A stretch of 64,000 nt of DNA from Actinomycetota bacterium. GTDB taxonomy: Bacteria; Actinomycetota; UBA4738. A program made the translations under genes and the position numbers. The notes beneath the pieces were generated by a model that searched no databases, was not told the origin of the DNA, and was given only the letters and a program-made list of their open reading frames with translations. Numbering within the stretch: position 1 is the stretch's first letter; every line of letters starts with the position of its first letter. Shown here piece after piece: positions 18,582 to 27,773 of the stretch. The DNA lies in assembly GCA_035573915.1 (NCBI GenBank), contig DATLZQ010000004.1:6387-70386 (forward strand), read 5' to 3'.

Positions 18582-19014
18582 CCGAGAGCGAAGGCCGGAG
18601 TGAAGAGCGGGCCCGAAGGACCGTTGGAACCGCTCGTGCCTTCCCCATACACGAGCGTTGTCTACTAGGCCCTCCGGACCCGCTCAACAGGTGGCCCCAA
18701 GCAACCCGATGACCTCGAGGCCGTCCGGAGGCTCCCGGTCCCTCTGGCGGCGGGAGCGGGGCTCCCGTGCCGGTGTCCGGAACTCCGGACGTCCCTTCGG
18801 TCCCGCGGCCGCTTGGGACCGGCGCGAAAGGTAGCAAGGGCTCCAGAACCTGTCAACTGGACGAAAATACTTGGGCCCCAGGCATATCGCTCGATTCGCC
18901 CAGGTAGCTGCGGCCGGGCTGGCCCGGCGGAAAATCGCTGGGAGTGACAAAGAAAGGTCGCCAGAATCGCTCTGGCCCGGAGGGGCCGGCTGCCACCCGA
19001 GGGCGGCCTGCCCG

Positions 19015-19020
19015 TAGAAT
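19015..19020 (+). promoter_or_regulatory. candidate -10 box (TAGAAT) placed for a leaderless polA transcript
   Basis: TAGAAT, then 7 nt, then the GTG at 19028 that gives a normal-length PolI N-terminus. No SD was seen. Confidence 0.4.
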
Positions 19021-19027
19021 CGGGCTC

Positions 19028-21700
19028 GTGTCCAGGGACCCCGCGACCCAGCCCCTCGCCTCGCGGCCCCGTCGACTGTTCCTCCTGGACGGGCACAGCC
19101 TCTCCTACCGGGCCTTCTTCGCCCTGCCGCCGGAGCTCGCCACCTCCAGCGGCCAGGTCACCAACGCGGTCTACGGGTTCACGGCCATGCTCATCAAGCT
19201 GCTGGCCGAGGAGCGGCCCGACCTCATCGCCGTGGCCTTCGACAAGGGCCTGCCCACGGCCCGCCTGGAGCGGTACGCGGACTACAAGGCGGGGCGGGTG
19301 GAGGCCCCCGACGAGTTCCGCCAGCAGCTGGGGCTGATCCGCGAGGTCCTGCGGACTCTCCGCGTGCCCATCGTGGAGGTGGAGGGCCACGAGGCCGACG
19401 ACGCCATCGCCACCCTGGCCGTGCGGGCCGTGGAGCGGGGGATGGAGGCGGTCGTCGTCACCGCCGACCGCGACTTCTTCCAGCTGGTCCGCCCCGGGAT
19501 CACGGTCCTCTTCAACCGCCGCGGAATCTCCGACATCGTCCGCTACGACGTGGAGGCGGTGACCAGGCGGTTCGGCCTCCCCCCCGAGAAGTACCTGGAC
19601 TACGTGGCCCTCAAGGGAGACCCCTCCGACAACATCCCCGGCGTCCCCGGGGTGGGGGAGAAGACCGCGGCCAGGCTGGTCCAGGACTTCGGGAGCGTGG
19701 AGGAGCTCCTGGCCAGGACGGCCGAGGTACGGGGCCGCCTGCGCCAGGCCATCGAGCAGGCCGGGGAGGACCTCCTCCGGAACAAGGAGCTGGCCCGGCT
19801 CCGCACCGACCTGGACCTCCCGGTGGACCCCGAGGACTGCGTGATGGGGGAGTGGGACCTCGAAGAGGTCCGCCGCCTGTTCCGCTCGCTCGAGTTCCGG
19901 ACCCTGCTCGAGCGGCTGGAGGAGCTGGGGCGGACAGCCAAGCCCGCCCTCGAGCGGGCCGCCCTCGAGGTCCGGGAGGTCCCGGTCCAGGAGGTGGTCC
20001 GGGCCGCCCGGGCCCCGGGGCCCAAGGCCGTCCAGGCCCTCCCCGGGCCCGAGGGGGAGGGGGTGCGGGGCCTGGCGGTCTCGCCCGGCGGGGGGCAGGC
20101 GGTGTTCGCCTCCTTCCCGGAGCCGCCGGCCGAGCTCCGGGAGTGGCTGGCGGACCCGGGGGCGGCCAAGTGGGTCCACGACGCCAAGGACCTCCGGACG
20201 CTGCTGGCCAGGAGCGGCCTGCGGCTGGAGGGTGTGGCCTTCGACACGCTCCTCGCCGCCTACCTCCTGGACCCCGCGGAGGGGAGCTACCCCCTGGAGG
20301 ACCTCTGCCCCCGCTACCTGGGGCTCGACCTGTTCGGCGAGGACGAAGGGGAGGGGGACGGGCCCCTGTTCGCCGAGCCCGGGCCCCGGGTGGGGGCCGC
20401 GGCGGCCGCCGTGGCCCTGCTCACCCCGGTCCTGGAGGAACGCGTAGACCGGGCCGGGCTCCGGAAGCTCCTGGTCGAGGTGGAGATGCCCCTGTCGGCC
20501 GTCCTTGCCAAGATGCAGGCCACCGGGGTGGCCGTGGACGTCGAATACCTGCGGGAGATGTCCGAGAAGGTGGGCGACCGGATGCGGACCCTGGAAGAGG
20601 AGGTCTACCGCCACGCCGGGGAGCGGTTCAACATCGGCTCCCCCCAGCAGCTGGCGGTGGTCCTCTACGAAAAGCTCCGGCTCCCGGTCCTCAAGCGGAC
20701 CCAGAAGGGGCGGGCCCCCTCCACGGACGCCGACGTCCTGGAGAAGCTGCGGGACCACCACCCCATCGTGGAGGCCCTGCTCGCCTACCGCGAGCTGGCC
20801 AAGCTCAAGTCCACCTACCTGGACGCCCTTCCGCCCCTGGTCAACCCCCACACGGGGCGGCTGCACACCACCTATAACCAGGTAGGGGCGGCCACCGGCC
20901 GCCTGTCCAGCGTCAACCCGAACCTCCAGAACATCCCGGTCCGGGGGGAGCTGGGACGGCAGATCCGGCGGGCCTTCGTCCCGGGCGGGCCGGACCGGCT
21001 CCTGCTCGTGGCGGACTACTCCCAGATCGAGCTCCGGGTGATGGCCCACCTCTCGGGGGACGAGGCCATGGCCGAAGCGTTCGCCGCGGGCAAGGACTTC
21101 CACGCGGCCACCGCGGCCAAGGTCTTCGGGGTCCCCGAGGACCAGGTGGACGGGGCCATGCGGAGCCGGGTGAAGCAGATCAACTACGGCCTCCCCTACG
21201 GGATGAACGCCTACGGCCTGGCCAGCCGGATCGGCATCACCCCCGACGAGGCCCAAGAGTTCATCGAGGCCTACTTCGCCCAGTTCCCCAAGGTCCGGGA
21301 GTTCCTGGAGCGGCAGGTGGCCCGGGCCACGGCCGAGGGCTTCACCGAGACCATCCTCGGCCGTCGCCGGTACCTCCCCGAGCTCCAGTCCTCCAACCCC
21401 AGGGTGCGGGAGATGGGCCGGCGGATGGCCCTCAACGCCCCCATCCAGGGAGGCGCTGCGGACATCCTGAAGCTCGCCATGATCCGGGTGGACCGGGACC
21501 TGCAGGCCTCCGGGCTGGACTGCCTCATGGTCCTCACCGTCCACGACGAGCTCGTCTTCGACGTGGCCGATGCGGACCTCGAGGCGGCGGCCAAGGTGGT
21601 GCGGGAGGCCATGGAGCACGCCTACCCCCTCTCCGTGCCCCTCAAGGTGGACCTGGGCTGGGGGAGGAACTGGGCGGAGGCCGCCCCGGCGGGACACTGA
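19028..21700 (+). CDS. polA: DNA polymerase I
   Basis: 5'-nuclease N-terminus LFLLDGHSLSYRAFFAL and polymerase motifs DYSQIELRVMAHLS and TVHDELVFD. The ORF track starts at GTG 18944, which has no usable SD spacing; 19028 is favoured. Confidence 0.93.
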   Translation: MSRDPATQPLASRPRRLFLLDGHSLSYRAFFALPPELATSSGQVTNAVYGFTAMLIKLLAEERPDLIAVAFDKGLPTARLERYADYKAGRVEAPDEFRQQLGLIREVLRTLRVPIVEVEGHEADDAIATLAVRAVERGMEAVVVTADRDFFQLVRPGITVLFNRRGISDIVRYDVEAVTRRFGLPPEKYLDYVALKGDPSDNIPGVPGVGEKTAARLVQDFGSVEELLARTAEVRGRLRQAIEQAGEDLLRNKELARLRTDLDLPVDPEDCVMGEWDLEEVRRLFRSLEFRTLLERLEELGRTAKPALERAALEVREVPVQEVVRAARAPGPKAVQALPGPEGEGVRGLAVSPGGGQAVFASFPEPPAELREWLADPGAAKWVHDAKDLRTLLARSGLRLEGVAFDTLLAAYLLDPAEGSYPLEDLCPRYLGLDLFGEDEGEGDGPLFAEPGPRVGAAAAAVALLTPVLEERVDRAGLRKLLVEVEMPLSAVLAKMQATGVAVDVEYLREMSEKVGDRMRTLEEEVYRHAGERFNIGSPQQLAVVLYEKLRLPVLKRTQKGRAPSTDADVLEKLRDHHPIVEALLAYRELAKLKSTYLDALPPLVNPHTGRLHTTYNQVGAATGRLSSVNPNLQNIPVRGELGRQIRRAFVPGGPDRLLLVADYSQIELRVMAHLSGDEAMAEAFAAGKDFHAATAAKVFGVPEDQVDGAMRSRVKQINYGLPYGMNAYGLASRIGITPDEAQEFIEAYFAQFPKVREFLERQVARATAEGFTETILGRRRYLPELQSSNPRVREMGRRMALNAPIQGGAADILKLAMIRVDRDLQASGLDCLMVLTVHDELVFDVADADLEAAAKVVREAMEHAYPLSVPLKVDLGWGRNWAEAAPAGH

Positions 21701-21745
21701 CCGGCGCCGCTGGGTCGGCGCCGGTCGCCGGGCGGCCGGCTCGCG

Positions 21746-21775
21746 TTGACGGGCGCCCCGGGCCGAAACTAGACT
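21746..21775 (+). promoter_or_regulatory. candidate promoter for rpsA
   Basis: TTGACG (21746-21751), an 18-nt spacer, then TAGACT (21770-21775). This leaves a 5' UTR of about 130 nt before the rpsA start. Confidence 0.4.
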
Positions 21776-21910
21776 TGGCGAGCGTCCCGGGGCGCTCACC
21801 TCCGCACGGCTCCACGCTCCCTGCGTTCCTCGGAGCGGCCTGCGCGGCGGGGCCTCCTCGGGCGAGGGAAAGGAGCGTGGTCGAGGATCGAACGCGAGGG
21901 AGAGCGGTCC

Positions 21911-23239
21911 GTGGCCGAGGACCTCAGCCCCGAGGAGCTGGCCCGGGCCATCGAGGAGAGCGTCAAGGACTTCAAGGAAGGGGACTTCGTCGAGGGGACG
22001 GTCGTCAAGGTCGACCGCGACGAGGTGCTGCTCGACATCGGGTATAAGTCCGAAGGCGTCATCCCCGCCCGGGAGCTCTCCATCCGCCAGGAAGTCGACC
22101 CCCACGACGTGGTGAAGGTGGGGGATCGCGTCGAGGCCCTGGTCCTCCAGACCGAGGACAAGGAGGGCCGGCTCATCCTCTCCAAGAAGCGGGCCCAGTA
22201 CGAGCGGGCCTGGGCCCGGATCGAGGAGGTCATGAAGGCCGGGGGGACCATCAAGGGCCCGGTCATCGAGGTCGTCAAGGGGGGCCTGATCCTGGACATC
22301 GGGCTGCGGGGGTTCCTCCCGGCCTCCCTGGTGGAGCTGCGGAGGGTGCGGGACCTCCACCCCTACGTGGGCCAGGAGCTCGAGTGCAAGATCATCGAGC
22401 TCGACCGCAACCGCAACAACGTGGTGCTCTCCCGGCGGGCTTTCCTCGAGGAGTCCCAGAGCGAGGGCCGTCGCCGGTTCCTGGAGAGCCTGCGCAAGGG
22501 GGAGCGGCGGCGGGGGACCGTGTCCTCCATCGTGAACTTCGGGGCCTTCGTGGACATCGGGGGCGGGGTGGACGGTCTCGTCCACGTCTCGGAGCTGTCG
22601 TGGCGCCACGTGGACCACCCCAGCGAGGTGGTGTCGGTGGGGGACCAGGTGGAGGTGGAGGTCCTGGACGTGGACCTCGAGCGGGAGCGGGTGTCGCTCA
22701 GCCTCAAGGCCACCCAGGAGGACCCCTGGCGGGAGTTCGAACGCAAGCACGAGACGGGCGAGGTGATCACGGGCACGGTGACCAAGCTGGTGCCGTTCGG
22801 GGCCTTCGTCCGGGTGGCCGAGGGGGTGGAGGGGCTCGTCCACATTTCCGAGATCTCCGACCAGCACGTGGACTCCCCCGAGCAGGTGCTGGCCGTGGGC
22901 CAGGAGGTCCGGGTCAAGGTGGTGGACGTGGACGTGGGCCGCCGGCGGGTGAGCCTCTCCATGCGCCGCGTGGGCGAGGAGCGGGAGGTGGTCCCCGAGC
23001 CCGAGGTCCAGGCCGAGGCCGCCCCGGGCGGCCCTCGGCCCGAGGTCGAGGCGGCCCCCGAGGCCGCCGCGGTCCCCGTCACGGAGCCGGAGCCGGCCCC
23101 CCAGCCGGCCCCGGCGCCCGAGGCCCGGCCGGCTCCCGAGCCGGAGCAGGCCGCCCCGGCCCAGCCGGCCGGGGAAGAGGAGGAGATCTCCCTCGAGGCC
23201 ATCGTGGAGGAGCTCAAGCGCCGCGAGGGGCGGGCCTGA
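21911..23239 (+). CDS. rpsA: 30S ribosomal protein S1
   Basis: Four S1/OB repeats (GTVVKVDRDEVLLDIG..., GPVIEVVKGGLILDIG..., GTVSSIVNFGAFVDIG..., GTVTKLVPFGAFVRV) and an acidic/Pro-rich tail. GGAGAG lies 6 nt upstream of the GTG. Confidence 0.93.
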   Translation: MAEDLSPEELARAIEESVKDFKEGDFVEGTVVKVDRDEVLLDIGYKSEGVIPARELSIRQEVDPHDVVKVGDRVEALVLQTEDKEGRLILSKKRAQYERAWARIEEVMKAGGTIKGPVIEVVKGGLILDIGLRGFLPASLVELRRVRDLHPYVGQELECKIIELDRNRNNVVLSRRAFLEESQSEGRRRFLESLRKGERRRGTVSSIVNFGAFVDIGGGVDGLVHVSELSWRHVDHPSEVVSVGDQVEVEVLDVDLERERVSLSLKATQEDPWREFERKHETGEVITGTVTKLVPFGAFVRVAEGVEGLVHISEISDQHVDSPEQVLAVGQEVRVKVVDVDVGRRRVSLSMRRVGEEREVVPEPEVQAEAAPGGPRPEVEAAPEAAAVPVTEPEPAPQPAPAPEARPAPEPEQAAPAQPAGEEEEISLEAIVEELKRREGRA

Positions 23240-23316
23240 CCCCCGCCTGCCTACGCGCGGCTCCCCTGAACCCGCTCCCTGACCTCGGCGCCGCTCCGGC
23301 CCCCTACCATCGAGCC

Positions 23317-23922
23317 GTGCTGCTGGTGGGGCTGACGGGAGGGATCGGGGCCGGCAAGTCCACGGTGGCCCGCATGCTCCAGGCCAGGGGGGCCGTGGTC
23401 CTGGAAGCCGACGAGTTCGCCCGGCGGGCGGTGGAGCCCGGGACCCGGGGACACCGCCGGGTGGTGGAGCGGTTCGGGGAGGAGGTCCTGGACCCCGAGG
23501 GCAGGTTGGACCGGGAGCGGCTGGCCCGGCTGGTCTTCCAGGACCCGGCGGCCCGTCATGACCTCGAGGCCATCGTCCACCCGGAGGTGGGCCGGATGCT
23601 CCGGGAGGCCACGGACCCCTACCAGGGCACGGACCGGGTGGTCGTCCACGTCATCCCCCTGCTGGTCGAGGCCGGGCTGGCCGGGGCCTTCGACGTCGTG
23701 GTGACCGTGGAGGCCGCCGAGGACCTCCGGGTGGCCCGGCTGGTCGGGGGCCGAGGGATGCGGGAGGAGGACGTCCGGGCCCGGGCCCGGGCCCAGGCCA
23801 CCGAGGCCGACCGGGTGCGCGCCGCCCACCTGGTGATCCGGAACGAGGGGAGCCTCGAGGACCTGGAGGCCGAGGTGGACCGGGTGTGGCGGGAGCTCGT
23901 GGGCAGGGCCCGACCGGGCTGA
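23317..23922 (+). CDS. coaE: dephospho-CoA kinase
   Basis: VLLVGLTGGIGAGKSTVARML P-loop N-terminus. GTG at 23317 is preceded by TACCAT plus 6 nt. The upstream part of ORF 22384..23922 overlaps rpsA out of frame. Confidence 0.88.
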   Translation: MLLVGLTGGIGAGKSTVARMLQARGAVVLEADEFARRAVEPGTRGHRRVVERFGEEVLDPEGRLDRERLARLVFQDPAARHDLEAIVHPEVGRMLREATDPYQGTDRVVVHVIPLLVEAGLAGAFDVVVTVEAAEDLRVARLVGGRGMREEDVRARARAQATEADRVRAAHLVIRNEGSLEDLEAEVDRVWRELVGRARPG

Positions 23923-23980
23923 AGCTCCGGGCTGGATGAAGCCCCCGGGCGGGCGGGGCCCGCCGATATCATCGACTCGC

Positions 23981-24685
23981 ATGCGCTACCGGGCCGTGTT
24001 CTTCGACGCCGGGGAAACCCTCGTCCACCCCCACCCCTCGTTCCCCGAGCTGGTGACGGAGGTCCTGCGCCGGGAGGGGCACCGGGTGGACCCGGCCGTG
24101 GTGCGCGAGCGGCTGCACGTGGTCTCCGAGCGGTTCGTCCAGGCCGCCCAGCAGCGGGAGCTCTGGTCCACCTCGCCCGAGCGGTCCCGGCAGTTCTGGG
24201 CCCAGATCTACGAGCGGCTCCTGGGGGAGCTGGGCCTCCCCTGGGGGGACGGCCTGGCCGAGCGGTTCTACCGCACGTTCACCGACCTCTCGAACTACCG
24301 CCTGTTCTCCGACGTCCGGCCCACGCTGGAGCGCCTCCGCGGGGCCGGCCTGAAGCTTGGGGTGGTGTCGAACTTCGAGGAGTGGCTGGAGCGCCTGCTC
24401 GAGTCCCTGGGCATCACGGACCTCTTCGAGGTCCGGGTGATCTCGGGGATCGAGGGGGTGGAGAAGCCCGACCCCCGCCTGTTCCAGCTGGCCCTGGAAC
24501 GGGTGGGGGTGGTCCCGGAGCAGTCGGTGTACGTGGGGGACCACCCGTTCTTCGACACCGAGCCCGCCGCCCGCCTAGGCATGCTGGCCGTGCTCATCGA
24601 CCGCCGGGGGCGGTACCCCGACCACGCCGGGCCCCGGATCACCACCCTGGACGACCTCCCGCCCCTCCTCGGGCTGGAGGCCTGA
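23981..24685 (+). CDS. HAD-superfamily hydrolase (subfamily IA-like)
   Basis: MRYRAVFFDAGETLV (motif I), GVVSNF (motif II), YVGDHPFFD (motif IV-like). ATG at 23981 is preceded by TATCAT plus 8 nt. Confidence 0.8.
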   Translation: MRYRAVFFDAGETLVHPHPSFPELVTEVLRREGHRVDPAVVRERLHVVSERFVQAAQQRELWSTSPERSRQFWAQIYERLLGELGLPWGDGLAERFYRTFTDLSNYRLFSDVRPTLERLRGAGLKLGVVSNFEEWLERLLESLGITDLFEVRVISGIEGVEKPDPRLFQLALERVGVVPEQSVYVGDHPFFDTEPAARLGMLAVLIDRRGRYPDHAGPRITTLDDLPPLLGLEA

Positions 24686-25065
24686 TGGCTGACCCGGGGT
24701 CCGTCACGGAGTTCACGGTGGAGGAGGCCAACGCCCTCCTCCCCCTCCTACGGGCCTCCCTGGAGCGACTGCGGTCGGCCCGCCGGACGGTGCTGGCCGG
24801 TAGCCAACGCCTGTCCGCCGCGGCCGCCGCCGACGGGGGCGGGGCCGCGGGCCGGGAGGTGTGGGAGGCGCTCTCCGCGCTGCGCCGGGAGCTGGAGACC
24901 ATCACCCGGGCGGGGGTGGTGCTGCGGGACGCCGAGTCGGGGCTGGTAGACTTCCCCTCCCGGCGGGACGGGAGGCCCGTGTTCCTCTGCTGGCGGCTGG
25001 GGGAGGACCGGGTGGGCTACTGGCACGACCCCGAGTCCGGCTTCGCCAGCCGCCGCCCCCTGTGA
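24685..25065 (+). CDS. DUF2203 family protein
   Basis: 126 aa. FTVEEANALLPLL...GVVLRDAESGLVDFPS...VFLCWRLGEDRVGYWH matches my recollection of the DUF2203 pattern. Its ATG shares one base with the HAD stop. Confidence 0.6.
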   Translation: MADPGSVTEFTVEEANALLPLLRASLERLRSARRTVLAGSQRLSAAAAADGGGAAGREVWEALSALRRELETITRAGVVLRDAESGLVDFPSRRDGRPVFLCWRLGEDRVGYWHDPESGFASRRPL

Positions 25066-26051
25066 CTGCGGTGGGACCTCGAGTGGGCGCAGCCCCAGCC
25101 GTGGAGGCCCGGGGGCTCCGGAAGTCCTACGGGCCCGTGCAGGCCCTCCGGGGCGTGGACTTCACCGTGTTCGAGGGGGAGGTCTTCGCCCTCTTGGGCC
25201 CGAACGGGGCCGGGAAGACCACCACCGTGGAGATCCTCGAGGGCTACCGCACGCGGGACGGGGGCGAGGTCCGGGTCCTGGGCCTGGACCCGGCCCGGGG
25301 GGGCCGGGCCCTGCGACGGCGGATCGGGATCGTGCTCCAGGCCACCGGCCTGGAGCCCTACCTCACGGTGGCGGAGACCCTCGACTACTACCGGGCGGCC
25401 TACCCCGTCCCCCGCCCGGTGGAGGAGGTCCTGGAGCTCGCAGGGCTGGGAGACCTCCGGGACACGCGGGTGGGGAGGCTCTCGGGTGGGCAGCTGCGGC
25501 GGCTGGACGTGGCCGTGGCCCTGGTCGGGGACCCCGAGCTCCTGTTCCTGGACGAACCGACCACGGGGTTCGACCCCGAGGCCCGCCGGGGGGCGTGGGA
25601 GGTGATCCGCAGCCTGGCGGGGCTGGGCAAGACCGTCCTCCTCACCACCCACTACCTGGACGAGGCCCAGGCCCTGGCGGACCGGGTGGCGGTGCTGGCC
25701 GAGGGCCGGGTGGTGGCGGAGGGTCCGCCCGAGGCCATCGGGGGGCGTCGGGAGGCGGCCACCGTGGTCCGGTTCCGCCTGCCGCCTGAAGCCCCGCCCC
25801 TCCCGGCCGGCCTGGCCCCGGAGGCCCAGGCCACCGGGGGGCTGGTGGAGCTCCGGACCGAGGACCCCACCCGCCTTCTCCACGACCTCACGGGGTGGGC
25901 CCTGGAGCACGGGGTGGCCCTAGAGGCGCTCGAGGTGAGCCGTCCCTCCCTGGAGGACGTCTACCTCGAGCTCACCCGCCAGGCCCAGGACCCCCCGTCG
26001 GGGGACGCCCGGGACCCGGCCGGGGACCGAGGCGGGAGGGAGGGCCGGTGA
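25062..26051 (+). CDS. ABC transporter ATP-binding protein (DrrA/NosF/ABC-2-associated type)
   Basis: GPNGAGKTTT, LSGGQLRRLDVAVAL, LLFLDEPTTGFDP. GTGA overlap with the DUF2203 gene. Confidence 0.88.
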   Translation: MTAVGPRVGAAPAVEARGLRKSYGPVQALRGVDFTVFEGEVFALLGPNGAGKTTTVEILEGYRTRDGGEVRVLGLDPARGGRALRRRIGIVLQATGLEPYLTVAETLDYYRAAYPVPRPVEEVLELAGLGDLRDTRVGRLSGGQLRRLDVAVALVGDPELLFLDEPTTGFDPEARRGAWEVIRSLAGLGKTVLLTTHYLDEAQALADRVAVLAEGRVVAEGPPEAIGGRREAATVVRFRLPPEAPPLPAGLAPEAQATGGLVELRTEDPTRLLHDLTGWALEHGVALEALEVSRPSLEDVYLELTRQAQDPPSGDARDPAGDRGGREGR

Positions 26052-26842
26052 GCGGGGCGCAGCTGGTCCTCCACCAGTTCCGCTACACGAACCGGGCCTT
26101 CTGGCGGAACCCGGCGGCGGCCTTCTTCACGTTCGCCTTCCCCCTGCTGTTCCTCGTGATCTTCACCGTCCTGTTCGGACGGTCCACGACCTGTGTGCGG
26201 TTCGCCGACGGTCGGTGCCTGGAGAGGGTCAGCACCTCCACCTTCTACGTGGCGAGCATCGCGGCCTTCTCCGTGATCACAGCCTGCTTCACCAACGTGG
26301 CCATGAGCGTGACCTTCGCCCGAGAGACGGGGGTGCTCAAGCGGGTGCGGGGGACCCCCATGCCCGGCTGGACGTACCTCGCAGGCCGCGTCCTCCACGC
26401 CGTGGCGGTGGCCGCCCTCCTCGTGGCCATCACGGTGGCCTTCGGGGCCGCCTTCTACGGGGCGACCGTGTCCTGGCGGACGCTCCCGGCGTTCGCCCTG
26501 ACCCTCCTGGTGGGGGCGGCCTCCTTCTGCGCCCTGGGGTTGGCCCTCACCGCGGCCGTCCCGAACGCCGACGCCGCCCCGGCCGTGGTCAACGCGGTCA
26601 TCCTGCCTCTGCTCTTCATCTCGGACGTGTTCGTCCCGCTGCGGGAGGACGCCCCCCGGTGGCTGGCCGCCCTGGCCGCGGCCTTCCCCGTCAAGCACTT
26701 CCTCGAGGCCATGCTGGCCTCGTTTTTCCCGCTCCCCGGGCACCCCACGCTCCGTCCGGGGGACCTCCTCGTGCTGGCGGCCTGGGGGATCGGGGGGGCC
26801 GTGCTGGCCGTCCGGTTCTTCTCCTGGGAGCCTCGGCGGTGA
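26048..26842 (+). CDS. ABC-2 type transporter permease
   Basis: About 264 aa with six predicted TM segments. N-terminal FRYTNRAFWRNPAAAFF is typical of ABC-2 permeases. GTGA overlap with the ATPase gene. Confidence 0.8.
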   Translation: MSGAQLVLHQFRYTNRAFWRNPAAAFFTFAFPLLFLVIFTVLFGRSTTCVRFADGRCLERVSTSTFYVASIAAFSVITACFTNVAMSVTFARETGVLKRVRGTPMPGWTYLAGRVLHAVAVAALLVAITVAFGAAFYGATVSWRTLPAFALTLLVGAASFCALGLALTAAVPNADAAPAVVNAVILPLLFISDVFVPLREDAPRWLAALAAAFPVKHFLEAMLASFFPLPGHPTLRPGDLLVLAAWGIGGAVLAVRFFSWEPRR

Positions 26843-27225
26843 GGCCCTGGCTCCTCGCTTTGGCCGGCCTGCTTCTGGCGGCCTGCGCCGCGGGGCCTCG
26901 GGCCCTCCCGGAGCCCAGCCGGTCCACCCTGCCCCGGGCCACCACGGGGCCGTTCGTGGTGGTGGCGGTCGACAACCACTTCCACGACGTCCACCCCGAG
27001 GAACACCGGCAGGTGTCGGCCGACCGCCCCCTGGTGGTCCGAAACGAGGGGCACAACCTGCACAACTTCACGGTGGTGGGGACCGAAGTGAGCGTGGACC
27101 TGAGGCCGGGGGAGGAGGTGTCCTGGGACCGGATCGGGGAGGTCCTCCCGCCCGGGACCTACCGGATCGTCTGCCATTACCACGCCGACCAGGGTATGAC
27201 GGGGGAGGTCACGGTCACGCCCTGA
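26839..27225 (+). CDS. small cupredoxin (plastocyanin/amicyanin-like) lipoprotein
   Basis: Signal peptide plus lipobox LLLAAC. Type-1 copper ligand pattern HNLHNF ... C-H-Y-H-A-D-Q-G-M (C-x2-H-x4-M). GTGA overlap with the permease gene. Confidence 0.7.
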   Translation: MRPWLLALAGLLLAACAAGPRALPEPSRSTLPRATTGPFVVVAVDNHFHDVHPEEHRQVSADRPLVVRNEGHNLHNFTVVGTEVSVDLRPGEEVSWDRIGEVLPPGTYRIVCHYHADQGMTGEVTVTP

Positions 27226-27251
27226 ACGGCCGGGTAAGACGGCCGGGTAAT
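27226..27251 (+). repeat. 13-bp tandem direct repeat (ACGGCCGGGTAAG / ACGGCCGGGTAAT)
   Basis: Read directly from the sequence immediately after the cupredoxin stop codon. Confidence 0.9.
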
Positions 27252-27389
27252 AAGAGCGCGATCGTTGAGTCGGGGGGGTTCCTCCCTCCAGTCTTCGGGT
27301 GTCGGACTCGAGACGAAGGGGGGACCCATGCGGAACGGTACCGCGGAACGGCTGTCAAGGGGAGACCGGACACCTGGGAATCCGCCGCC

Positions 27390-27612
27390 ACGCCAAGCTC
27401 ACCGAGGCCACCGCGGGAGGTGGAGGACCGTATAGTCGGCCTCCTCGCTAGAGGCCCTGGGGTATGCGGAGCTCGCGGCAAGCGTCCCTGGGCTCTCGGC
27501 CGTGGGAGCGGCGGCCATCCTGGCGGAGACCGGGGATCCCACCCGCTACGACTCGGCCCGAACGTGGGCCAAGCACGCCGGGATCTGCCCCCGGGACAGG
27601 GGCGCCCACCCG
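27390..27612 (+). mobile_element. IS110-family transposase remnant (C-terminal domain fragment, frameshifted, no N-terminal DEDD domain)
   Basis: Translation [43 protein letters not shown] matches the conserved IPGIG...AILAEIGD...R-F...AYAGL-P block of IS110 transposases. The preceding [12 protein letters not shown] is in another frame. Confidence 0.65.
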
Positions 27613-27773
27613 CTCCTTCTTGCGAACCCGGTTGAGGGCTGTTGGGTGAAACCCGGTTGCTCGTCACGTTGGGGCAGAGGAGCGGATGGGGACCACCCCG
27701 GGCCATCAGAAATGCGGTCGACCCACAAGGCCGGACCAGGAGGGTCCCACTCGACAACGCGCTCTCAGGTTGG

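Noticed and set aside
18665-22867. 1400-aa ORF antisense to polA and rpsA
   Set aside because: The translation is Gly/Pro/Arg/Leu/His low-complexity with no motifs, and it lies exactly antisense to two unambiguous housekeeping genes. This is a typical stop-codon-poor antisense frame in about 70% GC DNA.
22384-26047. Long N-terminal extensions in the ORF track for coaE (22384), the DUF2203 gene (24382), the ABC ATPase (24861) and the ABC-2 permease (25895)
   Set aside because: The extensions overlap the preceding genes out of frame and are Gly/Arg/Pro-rich. The family N-termini begin at internal GTG/ATG codons that form 1-4-nt overlaps with the upstream stop codons.
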